Of a stretch of DNA of 64,000 nt, positions 1 to 11,600 are shown piece by piece. The notes beneath the pieces are model-generated. The model saw only the letters and a list, made by a program, of their open reading frames with translations. It was not told the DNA's origin and ran no database searches. The stretch comes from Candidatus Poribacteria bacterium (GTDB taxonomy: Bacteria > Poribacteria > WGA-4E > PCPOR2b): NCBI GenBank assembly GCA_965218095.1, contig OZ244587.1:2176001-2240000 (forward strand). The letters run 5' to 3'. The position numbers and the translations under genes were made by a program. Within the stretch, counting starts at the first letter, position 1; every line of letters starts with the position of its first letter.

Positions 1-349
1 CTGCCCAACGGTGCATATTGCGCAGGAGCATCCCGAATGGAATATCAAACTCCAGATACTGTATATCGCGAAATGCGTACTCCGCTGTGGGACGATAGTA
101 GAACATCAGTAACACACCCGTAACGGCGGTCACAAGAAACATTAAAAAGGTGATCCCCCCCATGCACCATGTAAATCGGAAATTGATTGCATGTCTAGGA
201 AGCCGAGGGGGATGCAGATGCAGCCAGACATTTTGGAGAATCTGGAGGGTAAATCGCCTCCCCGTTTCCTCATAACCGTGGCGGAACATTGATTGCCAGA
301 TCTGATTATTTGTTATTTTCTCCTTAAGTCCATTGCGTCTTTCGTTCAT
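1..349 (-). CDS. Cytochrome b/b6 N-terminal part of a bc-type complex (partial, runs off the window start)
   Basis: Manual translation from ATG at 349: MNERRNGLKEKITNNQIWQSMFRHGY...NVWLHLHP...FTWCMGGITFLMFLVTAVTGVLLMFYYRPT...FGMLLRNMHRWA. It lies directly downstream of a Rieske gene and is absent from the ORF track because it has no stop in the window. Confidence 0.9.
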   Translation of the reverse strand, partial: MNERRNGLKEKITNNQIWQSMFRHGYEETGRRFTLQILQNVWLHLHPPRLPRHAINFRFTWCMGGITFLMFLVTAVTGVLLMFYYRPTAEYAFRDIQYLEFDIPFGMLLRNMHRWA

Positions 350-434
350 AGAAAATTCGCAGCATGCCTAATAAACTAACCCTGATCTTGGATCGGGGTT
401 CTAAGTTCACATCGGCAAAGCTGTGTAACTCCTT

Positions 435-490
435 TCTCTATACTCTCTATACTCTCTATCACTCTCTATCACTCTCTATCACTCTCTATA
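435..490. repeat. Short tandem repeat (ACTCTCTAT[C]) x6
   Basis: Directly visible 9-10 nt units between the Rieske and cytochrome b genes. Confidence 0.9.
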
Positions 491-520
491 CAGAACTTAG
501 TTTCAACCCTGCAAATTCAG

Positions 521-1009
521 CTAAACCGTCAAAGAAGAACCGGGCCTTTCCCAATCGCCCCTTTCATACAGGAACTTCACGGACTTATCAACCAGAAGCT
601 GTCCGTCTTCCGCCAAAGTAATCTTCACGCGCTCAAGTGGCCGTGGAGCAGGTCCCTCGTAATTGATCCCCTCTCGGTCAAAACCACTCCCATGACACGG
701 ACACTTAAACTTACTCTCGGAGCTGAACCATCGGGGCGTGCAACCGAGATGGGTGCAAATCGCGAGCAACGCATAAAACTCGCCATCTTCTTTCCGAACA
801 ATCCAGATGCGATATGGATTTTTTTTGAACTTTTCGCTGACGGTTCCGGAAGGGTATTCCCCGGGAAATCCAGCCTTGAAGGTTGAAGAAGGCTCGAAAA
901 GGACTCGTGGGTATAAAAATCGAATCAGTCCCGGGCCAAAGGCAAGCCCAACAGCGGCAATAAAATTCCCCCACCCGAGAAACTTAAAAAATGAACGTCG
1001 AGATAACAC
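521..1009 (-). CDS. Rieske 2Fe-2S subunit of a cytochrome bc complex (QcrA/PetC-like)
   Basis: Tat motif SRRSFFK plus a TM helix; Rieske boxes CTHLGC and CPCHGS; GPAPRPL. Confidence 0.95.
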   Translation of the reverse strand: MLSRRSFFKFLGWGNFIAAVGLAFGPGLIRFLYPRVLFEPSSTFKAGFPGEYPSGTVSEKFKKNPYRIWIVRKEDGEFYALLAICTHLGCTPRWFSSESKFKCPCHGSGFDREGINYEGPAPRPLERVKITLAEDGQLLVDKSVKFLYERGDWERPGSSLTV

Positions 1010-1160
1010 TAGTTCACCTCAAAATTAATTATTTGTGAAATTAGCGGACAGCGTGTGAAAGGGAAAGCACACGCCAGGAGTGTTTTGATTACAATTCGTT
1101 AGTCCAAATTTTGATCGGCAATCATTATAGCACGATACAAAAAAGAGATCAAGCCCTAAA

Positions 1161-2034
1161 ATGAAGGAAATCACGGATATCCGTGACCTCTTGAAGTTTG
1201 CAAAAACGCAGCTTGAAGCATATCGCATCAACGGTTACGTCATTGTACTGTGTCCATTCCCACGCGAACTGACTGAGGCGTGTTTGGCAGCGGTGGAGCG
1301 CGTTGCGGTTTAGCTGTCTACCATCACGCACGATACAAAGCGGAATCACTATCGGCTCAAGCTGCAACTGCCGGATTCGTATTTGGTGTGAACTGGATCA
1401 CTCACTGCCATTTTTGCAAGTTGAACTGCATTCGGAAATTGTTGGGTTGGCAAGGCAACTAGCGGGCGATGATGAAATCTACTTTCGTAACGGCGGGATC
1501 AACGAGCTGGCTCCGGGTCGATCGTTTCCATGGCATGGAGATTCCGGATATGACTACGTCGAGTTTATGCACTACTACTTCTCCGATGCAAGGCGCGAAA
1601 ATGGCTGCTTGCGGGTAATCCCCGGCAGCTATATCGGTTCGGTCGATGGGTTGATGGAGGAGGTTAAGGGGTTGCGACAACAGCAGTTGGGCTCAAGCGA
1701 CCCGCTTGGGCAAAACCGTGCGGATGTGGAACTCCCTCGAGAGGTTGCGCTTGAAATTGACTTCTACCAGATGATTGCCCGGAGTTCTCGGATTTTTCAC
1801 GCAACCTACGTCAACCAAACGCAAAAAAGCCGGCTAATGCACCATTGGCTTTTTAGAGAGGCTTTTGCTGATAATCACCGGTTTGATTTCACAAAATATC
1901 TGACACCGGCGTTGATTGAACGCCTGCCCCCTGAACAGCGGGAAGCCCTCTGGCTGGGTCGTGAATTTTCGATCGATTCGAAATGGACGGGTGAACGGGA
2001 GCGGGAACTTGGGAAGGTTTTCTGGTTGGTTTAA
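1161..2034 (+). pseudogene. Phytanoyl-CoA dioxygenase (PhyH) family, disrupted
   Basis: ATG 1161 gives MKEITD...YRINGYVIV, with an in-frame TAG at 1311-1313 and a frameshift near 1382 into ORF 1303..2034 (WHGD, NGCLRVIPGS, IFHA). Confidence 0.75.
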
Positions 2035-2200
2035 TGTGCCAACCGTTCAACAGTTTCATTCTATTCCACCCTAATGATGTATTGATGATTTTAGTCAGTT
2101 TCTGTCGTCTGTGCCTCTCTACCCCTGCTATAATCGGTTTTTGGAGGCTTCTCCGAACAATCGCTTATGTTCCTGCGTCTGGCTTGGGGCTAGAGTCAGA

Positions 2201-2920
2201 TCAGGTTCGCAAATTTCCGCGAGCGAGAGGAAAGGAACGTAATACCTTGCATCGCGGACACGGTTTTTGCAAAATTGCTTGTGAAAGATCTATGTGAGTA
2301 ACCTGTATTTCACCGATCTCGATGTGACGGAGTTCGTCCATTGTGGCTTTGAGCGTGTTCAATCCTTCAAGGCTTTTCAGCCCAGCAATGCTGAGATGAG
2401 ACAGCCACTTCTCACCTTCAATTGAGTAGATCGGAACCGACGTCGCCTCTTCGTGAAACCGCCCTTGAATTTGAGCAATTGCACCGTTATCCTCGACTTC
2501 TATAATAATGAAGCTTGCTAGCCCATTTACGCTTCCTAGTCGGATAGAAAACTCCGGAACTTGGGTGAGAATCTGATCGGTTTGCTCAAGAATCTGTTCG
2601 AGTGTTTGTGGCTCAATGTCGTAGTCGCGCTCTTTTTGATCTGTAAGAAAGCCTAACCACTTGACTGTAATGTGGTAGTATTCCGTCGGCATGATATACA
2701 CGCCCGGAATTTGATGAATCTGATTTGTAATCAATCGAATTCTCTTGATGATTTCAGGTTGCTCGATGCGAATACTTAGCATAAAACTATTCTTTCGCTC
2801 CTCGCAACCTGCGGCTTCTTCAGGATTGTAAACTGATGGTTTGTAACCATTTTGGAACTGATTCCAGAGATTAGTAAATTTTCCCTGGTGGTTTTTCCGT
2901 GTCGGTTGAATGACTCCCAT
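2201..2920 (-). CDS. 2H phosphoesterase / 2'-5' RNA ligase family protein
   Basis: Two HxT/S motifs (YHITV, SHLSI) about 90 aa apart. Confidence 0.75.
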   Translation of the reverse strand: MGVIQPTRKNHQGKFTNLWNQFQNGYKPSVYNPEEAAGCEERKNSFMLSIRIEQPEIIKRIRLITNQIHQIPGVYIMPTEYYHITVKWLGFLTDQKERDYDIEPQTLEQILEQTDQILTQVPEFSIRLGSVNGLASFIIIEVEDNGAIAQIQGRFHEEATSVPIYSIEGEKWLSHLSIAGLKSLEGLNTLKATMDELRHIEIGEIQVTHIDLSQAILQKPCPRCKVLRSFPLARGNLRT

Positions 2921-3332
2921 AAAAATTGGGCGCCTGCTTCCATTGCTTTAAGGCAACAACAAGATACGCCCTACCTCCTTGTGACAAAACCTTGTGACAA
3001 AACTCTGGGGATTATCGCGGCGATTTTTTGAATACCGCGGGATATGCAAAATCCATTTCATATCAGCTTTTAACGGTTTTCCCTCCTTTGTAAGCGTGGG
3101 CAACATAAGTACCCGGATATAAGTTTTCGTCGCTTAGACCCCGATCTTTGATTGGGGTCTGGACACTCAAAAATTTGTGTCCACCTGCTTAACAGTTTGC
3201 CTGTTAGTCACACCCCAGCGGTTTGAAGCCTAAAATATATCATAAAGCGCAACGAAAAGTCAAAAAATAATGTAGCGACCACATTAGACCGTGAGGAAAA
3301 AACTTGCTCAAGGAAGCATTGGCGTTCCTTTT

Positions 3333-4377
3333 TCACCATTCCCAGCAGATTTCGACTCCCAATTCCTCTGCAAGATTCGCCAGATCTCGTAGATGGTCAA
3401 TGTGAAGCGGAATCCCACTTTCAACCCACGCTTCGCGTTTGCGCCACTCAATTTCCCCAGGCAAGTATACCTGATCAACACCTTCGGCAGTTTTTGCAGC
3501 CTGGATGGTCCGAATTCCTTGATCGATTGCCGCGGCGTATTCCTCAAAGTCGGTGAAGTTCGACACGTTAATGGCAATAAAAAAGTGTTCCGAAGGCACT
3601 CCATGATGTTTGTGGCACGCCATTAAACCACCAACCAAGGGACCTGCCAGAATGCCCATAATCAACGCTAGCCCATACCTTCTTGGTCCTCCAGCAGGCG
3701 TGAGGATTCGCCCGTCGTTCGCATCCTCGGTTGGCTTTCCAGCAGCGGTCAGCAGCCAGCCTGGGGGGATTGGCATTCCGTACATTTGCAGTGTGCCGAC
3801 CTTCCCCCCTGAAGACGCTCCACACGCTATGTCCAGCACAATCGGTCGTTCTTCGCTAGCGGGTAAGGCATAACTCAGCGGATTATTCGCGACCACAGCT
3901 TCAGCAGCGCCCGGTGCAGCGACAGATGGACCGCCTGTATTTGTCGTTGCAAATCCGATCATCTTCTCCTCAACCGCCATCATCGAGTAACAAGCGGCGG
4001 CGCCGAAGTGACCGGCGTTTCGCACCCCTGCTACTGCGATGCCTGCCGACTTTGCTTTTTCAATCGCCATCTTCATCCCCAAGGTGCTCGGCGGGTGCCC
4101 TAGCCCGTTATCTCCATCAATGACGGCAAAGCCAGGACCTTCCCGGACGACACAAATCTCTGGCGTTGGGTTCATATCTCCGTTAAGCATGCTTCGTACA
4201 TACGAGGGTAACATGCGCGTCCCGTGCGAATGTACGTTTCGCAGGTCTGTTTCGACCTGCAGCTTCTGCCATCAGTTCAGCATGTTCCTGACTGACCCCC
4301 GCTTTTTGATAAAGGTTTGAAGCAAATTGACGAAGCGAATCTGGTTGAACAATAATCTCTTGACTGGTTTGATTCAT
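3333..4377 (-). pseudogene. Ldh_2 family (malate/L-lactate/ureidoglycolate dehydrogenase-like) oxidoreductase, frameshifted
   Basis: N-terminus in ORF 4183..4377 and remainder in 3333..4214; the HSHG motif is in the second frame, so the shift is near 4262; DGDNGLG, GHFGAA, NPLSYALP and LPGEIE motifs. Confidence 0.8.
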
Positions 4378-4448
4378 GGATTCTCCCTCAATGTATCACA
4401 TTCCTTATCGGTTGCCAATTGGTATTTCTTAAATTGGATCGAGATGAT

Positions 4449-4841
4449 TCATCTTGCGTGTACCTTCACTACGGTGGAGATACCAATGCCAGAAAATCGG
4501 CAACGGTGACGATAGAAATCCCCTGATACTGATTTAGGAAAATAATTTCCCATATGATAGCTGCCGAGTGGCAACATATGGCGGCGGTCACCTGTGACAA
4601 TGTGAGTGGCGCCGCCAACGACCGCGCACTCCAAAATCTTGTCGTCGTCGGAGCCCGCGTCGATTACCTTGAGGGTGTTGGTAATCTTCACCAAGCGGAG
4701 AAAGCCCAGCAGATCAGCGATTGTGTCAGTCACTTCCGTAGCAGAAAAGTTCAATTTCACTGGTAACTTCTCTGCCAACTCATCCAGTAATTCCCAACAA
4801 ACCAATCCTTCCACGGTGCCCGCTCGTGCTAACTCATTCAT
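4449..4841 (-). pseudogene. PIN-domain putative toxin (PIN_3-like), N-terminally truncated
   Basis: DDDKILECAVVGGATHIVTGDRRHMLPL motif; the N-terminal DTN motif is missing and replaced by an unrelated fragment. Confidence 0.65.
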
Positions 4842-5074
4842 GCAACCGCATGCCGCCGCGTACAGCGATGTTCATGGCTTCGTCCATCGCAGTGCCCGTT
4901 CAAACTCGCGTTGCACCTGATACAACTCTGCCCGCGCCAGTAGGCCACGGGGAATGAGATGCTGCGGTCCTGCCTGTCGCGGACCATCTACCGCCTTGCC
5001 CAAGTGGGTCCTGGCGTGGGAAAAATCACTTGTTCCTTGGTATCCTCCAAGATTCTGGTGAGCAGTACGCCACC

Positions 5075-5878
5075 CTACGACTTGTTGGGCGTGTTCACAC
5101 AGAAATCCAGCAAATCAATCAGCAACGATCGCATTTCGTTGCGTTGAACAATTCTGTCGATCATCCCGTGTTCCAACAAAAATTCCGCTTTCTGGAAATT
5201 CTCAGGGAGTTTCTGCTTAATGCTGGCAACGGCGAGAGGGCCTGCAAATCCAATCCGCGCCCCTGGTTCAGCGAGAATGATATGCGCCAGCGAGGCGAAA
5301 CTCGCAGTCGATCCGCCAAAAGTTGGGTCAGTCATCACAGAGATGTAGCAGAGACCAACTTCGGCGTGTTTGACGCAAGCCGAAGCAGTTTTCGCCATCT
5401 GCATCAGTGATAGCGTACCTTCTTGCATTCGCATCCCACCGCTGCCGGAAACAATGATCAACGGCAGTTTTTTCTCGGTCGCGTGTTCAATATTACGCGT
5501 CACCTTTTCCCCGACGACAGAGCCCATTGTGCCGCCTCTAATCCCAAAATCGCTGATCGTGATTGCGACAGGTTGACCGCCAATTTTCGCCGCTCCGGTG
5601 AGAATCTCCGATTTTAGCCCCGTCTTTGTGTAATCCCGCGCGAGCTGTTCTTCGTAATCGGGGAAATCTAAAGGGTTAAGCGAATACAGCCCGGCGTCAT
5701 GTTCCTCAAAGCTACCGGCATCCGCGAGAAGTTCGAGCCGTTCATAAGCACTCATGCGGTGGTGATGGTTACATTTCGGACAAACTTTATGTGCATCTAA
5801 GAAACCTTTCTCAGAAATCTCTGCGCTGCAACCTTGGCAGGTTATTGACTCCGCAGTCGCCATCTGTGTACACTCCAT
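5075..5878 (-). CDS. accD: Acetyl-CoA carboxylase carboxyltransferase beta subunit
   Basis: CxxC...CPKC zinc finger, GGTMGSVVGEK, GGMRMQEG, DPTFGG, IGFAGP, FQKAEFLLEHGMID. Confidence 0.93.
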   Translation of the reverse strand: MECTQMATAESITCQGCSAEISEKGFLDAHKVCPKCNHHHRMSAYERLELLADAGSFEEHDAGLYSLNPLDFPDYEEQLARDYTKTGLKSEILTGAAKIGGQPVAITISDFGIRGGTMGSVVGEKVTRNIEHATEKKLPLIIVSGSGGMRMQEGTLSLMQMAKTASACVKHAEVGLCYISVMTDPTFGGSTASFASLAHIILAEPGARIGFAGPLAVASIKQKLPENFQKAEFLLEHGMIDRIVQRNEMRSLLIDLLDFCVNTPNKS

Positions 5879-5920
5879 CTTTGTATTGTGTAAGTAAACC
5901 TATGACTTATTGAATAAGTT

Positions 5921-5949
5921 ATAATACCTCTGGTGGCAGGGTTTGTCAA
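5921..5949 (-). promoter_or_regulatory. Sigma70-type promoter for accD
   Basis: Minus strand TTGACA-17nt-TATTAT. Confidence 0.6.
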
Positions 5950-6258
5950 GCCAAAATGGGGCATGAGATCCGCGTTAACCGCAGTTGCTGTACCTCGTCG
6001 TCACTGAAAATGAACAGAAATTCATCCTTGAAGAACATAGCTGTTTGTGATATTATTTTGCGGTTTGATTTTGAGATGCTAGCGCTTGAATGGATTCTTT
6101 TGTTGCAGAATTACAACGATGCGGTATCAAAAAAAATCTCAGTGGGAAAAGGGTGACAGCGCCCGAAACTTCTCAAATTCTCCAGATGTTCAACAGTCGG
6201 CAGTTCCCTGGATGCTCTTTCCTCGCATCATCACCGCCCTATTTTTTCCCTTCTAAAG

Positions 6259-6275
6259 CTGGCACAGAGTTTGCC
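6259..6275 (+). promoter_or_regulatory. Sigma54 (-24/-12) promoter
   Basis: CTGGCACAGAGTTTGCC with GG(6261) and GC(6273) at the canonical 12-nt spacing, 65 nt before ATG 6340. Confidence 0.65.
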
Positions 6276-6339
6276 TTAGAATTTTGGTGTAATGATTGTC
6301 AATTTCAGAAAACCTCAATAATTGAAAGGAGAAAAACTT

Positions 6340-7152
6340 ATGTTGACGCAAATACACCGAATTCTCACCGCATTTCTTTTCGTAATAACGCCGTTTTTCT
6401 TGATTTTAGGCTGTGACTCTAACGACGATAATCCAATTAAGGCCGACACCGAACCACCGGCTATACCACGGGGTGTGAGGAGTATCACCGGCGACGGTCA
6501 GGTGACGATTGAATGGTTCCCAAATGGCGAACAGGATCTCGACAGGTATAAAATCTGGCGTGACGAAAATGGCGACGAAGAATTTGATCTGCTCGTGGAG
6601 GTTTCATCGAATACCCCTCGCTTTGTGGATGAGGATGTCAGCAACGGCATCACCTATTCTTATGCAGTTTCCGCCGTTGACCGCGAGGGCAACGAAAGCG
6701 ATTTGAGTCCAGAAAAGGTGACTGACACGCCGCGTCCATCGGGAAATAATGTGACACTGAACGACTTTAACCTCTTTCCGGACCGAAGTGGATTTGATTT
6801 TTCTCAGCCGTCAAGGGGCGCAATTACCTGGGATCTCCCCGCGACCGATATCTATTTTGGGTTCGATACAGAGGTGAACGTTCCTTATCTCTATTCAGAT
6901 AACTTGACGGAAATGCAAGACATGGGGTATCACGACGGTTTCGATGAGGTGGATGTCTCGCCCGTGCGAGGCTTCACGACCGAATTCGTCGAGCTTATTG
7001 AGGGTCATATTTATACTATATTTACTCCCGATGGAAACTTTGCGAAGATCCATGTCATTGCTGTCTCCGATAATTCGGCCACTTTTAATTGGGCATACCA
7101 GATTGATCCGGATAACCCACAGCTTACGCCACCACGTCCGATTGACAATTGA
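6340..7152 (+). CDS. Lipoprotein with a fibronectin type III domain
   Basis: RBS AAGGAG; lipobox LILGC; FN3 pattern PPAIPRGV...VTIEW...YSYAVSAVDREGNES. Confidence 0.8.
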   Translation: MLTQIHRILTAFLFVITPFFLILGCDSNDDNPIKADTEPPAIPRGVRSITGDGQVTIEWFPNGEQDLDRYKIWRDENGDEEFDLLVEVSSNTPRFVDEDVSNGITYSYAVSAVDREGNESDLSPEKVTDTPRPSGNNVTLNDFNLFPDRSGFDFSQPSRGAITWDLPATDIYFGFDTEVNVPYLYSDNLTEMQDMGYHDGFDEVDVSPVRGFTTEFVELIEGHIYTIFTPDGNFAKIHVIAVSDNSATFNWAYQIDPDNPQLTPPRPIDN

Positions 7153-7185
7153 CCACTGTCAATTGTTCAGAGGGTATCAATAGAT

Positions 7186-7848
7186 ATGAAAAAGCTCTTT
7201 TGCTTCCTTATCGTGGTCATGGGTTTCACACTGACCGTGCATAGTTGGTCAGCAGAATCGACTGCTGTTGATAAACCCAGGACGCCAGCAGGCGAGCAGG
7301 CAAACGCGAATAACGACGAACCACTGTCCTTCCTGACTTTCACAGGAAGTGTGCTCCCCCGCGACACGAAACGTCAAATCGATCAGCCGAATTATCCCCT
7401 TTTCCGATCGCACGCCCCACAATACTATCCGCCGAAGACCGCTCGAACAGCGATATTTTTGTCGGCGACACTCCCTGGTTCAGGACAAACTTATGCCGGC
7501 CGTCCTGGGAAAGGATTCGCCTTCCTCATCGCTGAGGTTGGGCTGATAGCAGCTGCAGGCTTGAATCTGGACCGTGCGGTGCACTACAATGACCTCGCAG
7601 ATCGCTTCACCACGGGATTTTACGACCCACATGGCGACGCCTTTCTGACGGTGGATCAGGGGCGCGTCAAGTCGAGAGGCCATGCGCAATTCGGGGTACT
7701 CTTTCTGGCTGGTGGGATTGGCGTCTACATCTGGAACATTTTTGATGCAGCGAAAACGGTAGAACAGTATAATGAGCGAAGATTTCCGGTGCAGGTGCAA
7801 CAAACTGTGTATGGAAAAACTTATCTTGCCGTAAACCACCGCTTTTAG
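7186..7848 (+). CDS. Exported/membrane protein, DUF5683-like
   Basis: Signal peptide; A..LSA.LPG.GQ.YAG...KG and YIWNIFDA motifs. Confidence 0.6.
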   Translation: MKKLFCFLIVVMGFTLTVHSWSAESTAVDKPRTPAGEQANANNDEPLSFLTFTGSVLPRDTKRQIDQPNYPLFRSHAPQYYPPKTARTAIFLSATLPGSGQTYAGRPGKGFAFLIAEVGLIAAAGLNLDRAVHYNDLADRFTTGFYDPHGDAFLTVDQGRVKSRGHAQFGVLFLAGGIGVYIWNIFDAAKTVEQYNERRFPVQVQQTVYGKTYLAVNHRF

Positions 7849-7860
7849 GGGATCCGCACC

Positions 7861-8613
7861 GTGCGAGCAATCAAAATTCTGCTTTTTAGTTGTTTCATGT
7901 TCCTCTCTTTTTCTCTGACCGTTTTAACAACCTATTCGTTGCTTGAAACCGCCAATCTTGATTGGGACCCCATCCGGGTTGGTGAGACTCTAACCTACAA
8001 CGTCAAAATTGCGCGCTTGCCTGCTGGAACACAAGTTACAAAGGTTGTTGAAGAAACCGTGCTGAATGGACAGCCGGTTTATTACTTCACTTCGGAAAGG
8101 GAGACCGGGAGTGTCTTTGGAAAACTGTACCATTTTCGAGACTGGATAGCAAGCTATGTCACGACCGATCAGCTATATCCACTCAGGCATCTGAAAGATT
8201 TAGAAGATGGGAAATATCGAGCGCATGTCGAAGTCGATTTTGATCATGGCAGGGGAATGGCTCAATACACCAAAAATCAGCATAACAAAGCACTTGAAAT
8301 CCCAATTGGTATACAGGATGAACTGTCGATGGTTTATTTCCTGCGCTCCAAAAAGTTGAGGGTGGGGCAGACCTATAGATTTCCGGTACTGGTCAGGGAT
8401 AAGTGCCAACAGATCACCCTTACAATCCATCGTCGCGAAATGGTGAAAACAAAGGCATTAGGCTGCGTGGAAACATTGGTTTTGCGCACATCGCACGGCT
8501 ACCTGATGTGGCTCACAAATGATGACCGCCGTATTCCTGTTCGGATCGAAGCTGAGATACCTGTTATTGGTAAACTGGTCGGCACATTAGAGAAAGTTGA
8601 TTTTATCAATTAG
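7861..8613 (+). CDS. DUF3108 domain exported protein
   Basis: GETLTYNV, QDELSMVYFLR and WLTNDDRRIPVRIE motifs. Confidence 0.8.
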   Translation: MRAIKILLFSCFMFLSFSLTVLTTYSLLETANLDWDPIRVGETLTYNVKIARLPAGTQVTKVVEETVLNGQPVYYFTSERETGSVFGKLYHFRDWIASYVTTDQLYPLRHLKDLEDGKYRAHVEVDFDHGRGMAQYTKNQHNKALEIPIGIQDELSMVYFLRSKKLRVGQTYRFPVLVRDKCQQITLTIHRREMVKTKALGCVETLVLRTSHGYLMWLTNDDRRIPVRIEAEIPVIGKLVGTLEKVDFIN

Positions 8614-8623
8614 GGTAGGGAAC

Positions 8624-11600
8624 GTGATCGATCTCCTGCATCAGACAGACACCTATCAATCGCTTGTTGAAAGCCTCACCGCCCAATTTTCTTACTCAAA
8701 CAGAAGTGCATCGGATAGGCAAATAGATTTCCCCAAACCCTGGTTGCGAGGTTTGCATGGTGCATCTATTTCTTATTTGCTGAGTGCATTGGCAGCGGAT
8801 TTTTCCGACAAATCCTTCCTCATCGTCCTTCCGACGCAGCATGAAGCTGAGAAGATCATTCAAGATCTGCCCGCTTATCAATTTGAGGGAGCACATCTCT
8901 TTCCGGAATGGCAACATTTTCTTTATGACGGTATCTCCCCAACTCCAAAAGTCGTAGCAGAGCGGATGATCTGCTTGCATCAATTGTTGAAAGAAGAACA
9001 CTCTGTTATCATCACATCGATTAAAGCATTGATGCATAAAATCCTGCCCAAATCAGTTTTAGAATCTGCCTTCCTGACCCTCCACATCGGTGATGAGCTC
9101 GACCCCGACAAAGTTGTGGAACAACTCCTCCGCAGCGGCTATCAGCGTGTGGATCTTGTTGAAGTCAAGGGCGAGTTTGCATGTCGTGGTGACATTCTGG
9201 ACGTTTACCCGCTGACCACCGATGCCCCCGTCCGCATCGAGTTCTTTGGCGATGAAATCGACGCCATTCGATCATTTGATCCGGCTTCACAGCGATCTCT
9301 CTCCGGTGGAATTGATAACGGATCCGATGCGATCACGTTAAGTCCGGTGCGCGAAATCATTCTGGCGCCGGAAGTCCTTGATCAGTGGAAAACCCACGCC
9401 AATGAGTTGGTTCAAAACAACGAATCGCCAAAGTATCGAAACGCGGTCAATGAGATCACACAACGTCTCGAAATGAGAATGGATCTGGAGGGGCTCGAAG
9501 CCTTGCTCCCGATGTTGTATTCAGATACGAGTCTGCTCACGGATTTCCTCCCTCCACAGACTGTTGTCTTCCTGATTGAACCTGTCTGGATGGCGCGTGA
9601 AGGGGACCAGATCATCGAAAGCACGGGAGCTCTTTACGAACGAAAATTGGCATTCGATCAGTTCATGGTGCCGCCTGATGAGACATTTGCGTCGTTTCAA
9701 TCGGTAATCTCAGTTTTGCGGGATTATCCACTTGTTCGTACCTCGTTGACCCTACCGACTCCCGGTGGGAATGAACAGATTAAAGAAATTGATTTCGGTA
9801 TAGGTCCGCTCGGTCTTCCACACAGTAATTATCAGATGGTTATGGACACGATCAAAGGGTGGACTGACGAGGGCTATTTCGTCAACTTCTTCTGTGATAA
9901 TCCAAAGGGTGCAACGCGGCTAAACAATATCCTGACAGATCGAGACTTGCCGGCGACCCAAACTGCCGTGAGCGTTGGCAGCATCAGCGAGGGATTTCTC
10001 AGTGAAACGCTCAAGCGCATTGCGCTTTCTGAACATGAGTTGTTTGGACGCGAACACCGTCGGCGCCGCAAGACTCCCTTCAAGGAAGGCGCGCCCATCC
10101 TGAGCCTAATCGATCTCAAGGAAGGGGACCATGTGGTGCACGTCTCGCACGGAATCGGTCTCTACGCGGGGATTCGTCGTCTTGATATCGATGGCAAGCC
10201 GCAGGACTTTCTCGTGTTGAACTATGCGGATGGGGATAAACTCTATGTTCCAACCTACCAAATCGATCTGGTGCATAAGTATATCGGTGGGAAAGAGGAC
10301 GGAAAACTACGGCTTGATAAGCTCGGTGGTACATCGTGGCAGCGCGTTAAAGCCAGAGTGAAAACCTCGATTGAGCAGATGGCGGAAGAACTGCTTGAAC
10401 TTTATGCGATCCGCGAATCCCGCGACGGCTACGCCTTTACAACAGATGCCCCCTGGCAGCAGGAGTTTGAGGTTCTTTTTCCCTATGAAGAAACCCCAGA
10501 TCAGCAAAAGGCGATTGAGGAAGTTAAGGCGGATATGGAACGCCCTCGATCCATGGATCGCCTCATCTGTGGAGATGTGGGCTACGGAAAGACTGAAGTG
10601 GCGCTGCGAGCGGCGTTCAAAGCGGTGATGGCAGGGAAGCAGGTCGCCCTTCTTGCCCCAACGACCATCCTCACGCTGCAACACTTTAATACGTTCCAGC
10701 AGCGGTTCGACCCCTTTCCCGTTCAGGTGGAAATGCTCAATCGCTTCCGAACCGATAAGGAAGGGAGAATGGTCAAGGAGGAGCTGGCAAACGGCACGGT
10801 CGATATTGTGGTCGGCACCCACGCCTTGCTATCAAACAACATCAAGTTTCACGATCTCGGGTTGCTCGTGGTTGATGAAGAGCATCGTTTTGGCGTCAGG
10901 CACAAAGAGAAGATTAAACAGATGAAGCAGTCGGTTGATGTATTGACCTTGACAGCGACGCCAATTCCGCGTACACTACACATGTCTCTCGTCGGCATCC
11001 GCGATTTCAGCATAATCAATACGCCTCCTGAAAATCGCCTGCCGATCGAAACGTACGTCATGCAGTATAATCCCGACGTGGTACGAGATGCGATTTTGCG
11101 CGAAATGGACCGCGGTGGACAGATCTTTTTCGTTCACAACCGCGTCCAGAGCATCGCAAGCATTGCGACCGCAATCCAGGACCTCGTGCCACAAGCCCGC
11201 GTTTGCGTGGCACATGGGCAGATGCCTGAACGTCAACTGGAAAAGGTGATGATGGATTTCATCAACTACAAGTACGACATCCTGGTTTGCACCATGATTA
11301 TCGAGTCCGGTGTAGATATTCCAAACGTCAACACGATTCTGATTAATCGCGCTGACGCGCTTGGACTCGCGCAACTTTACCAGTTGCGTGGTCGGGTTGG
11401 GCGTGATCAGTATCAGGCTCACGGCTACCTTTTCTACCCACCAGGGCGGGCAATCACGGAGGGCGCCCAAAAGCGCCTGCGCGTTATTGAAGAGTTCACC
11501 GATCTCGGTTCCGGTTTCAAGATTGCCCTGCGGGACCTTGAGATTCGTGGAACAGGTAACATCCTTGGTTCGGAGCAGCACGGTCATATCATCGCTGTGG

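Noticed and set aside
435-490. Possible CRISPR array from the repeats here or at 30843-30890
   Set aside because: Units are 9-10 nt and contiguous with no unique spacers; no cas genes in the window
1058-1078. Sigma54 promoter for the Rieske gene (TGGCGT on the minus strand)
   Set aside because: The -12 element reads TTCC rather than TTGC
4841-5010. TPR-like fragment (LIPRGLLARAELY) on the minus strand upstream of the PIN remnant
   Set aside because: Too short and frameshifted to call as a feature
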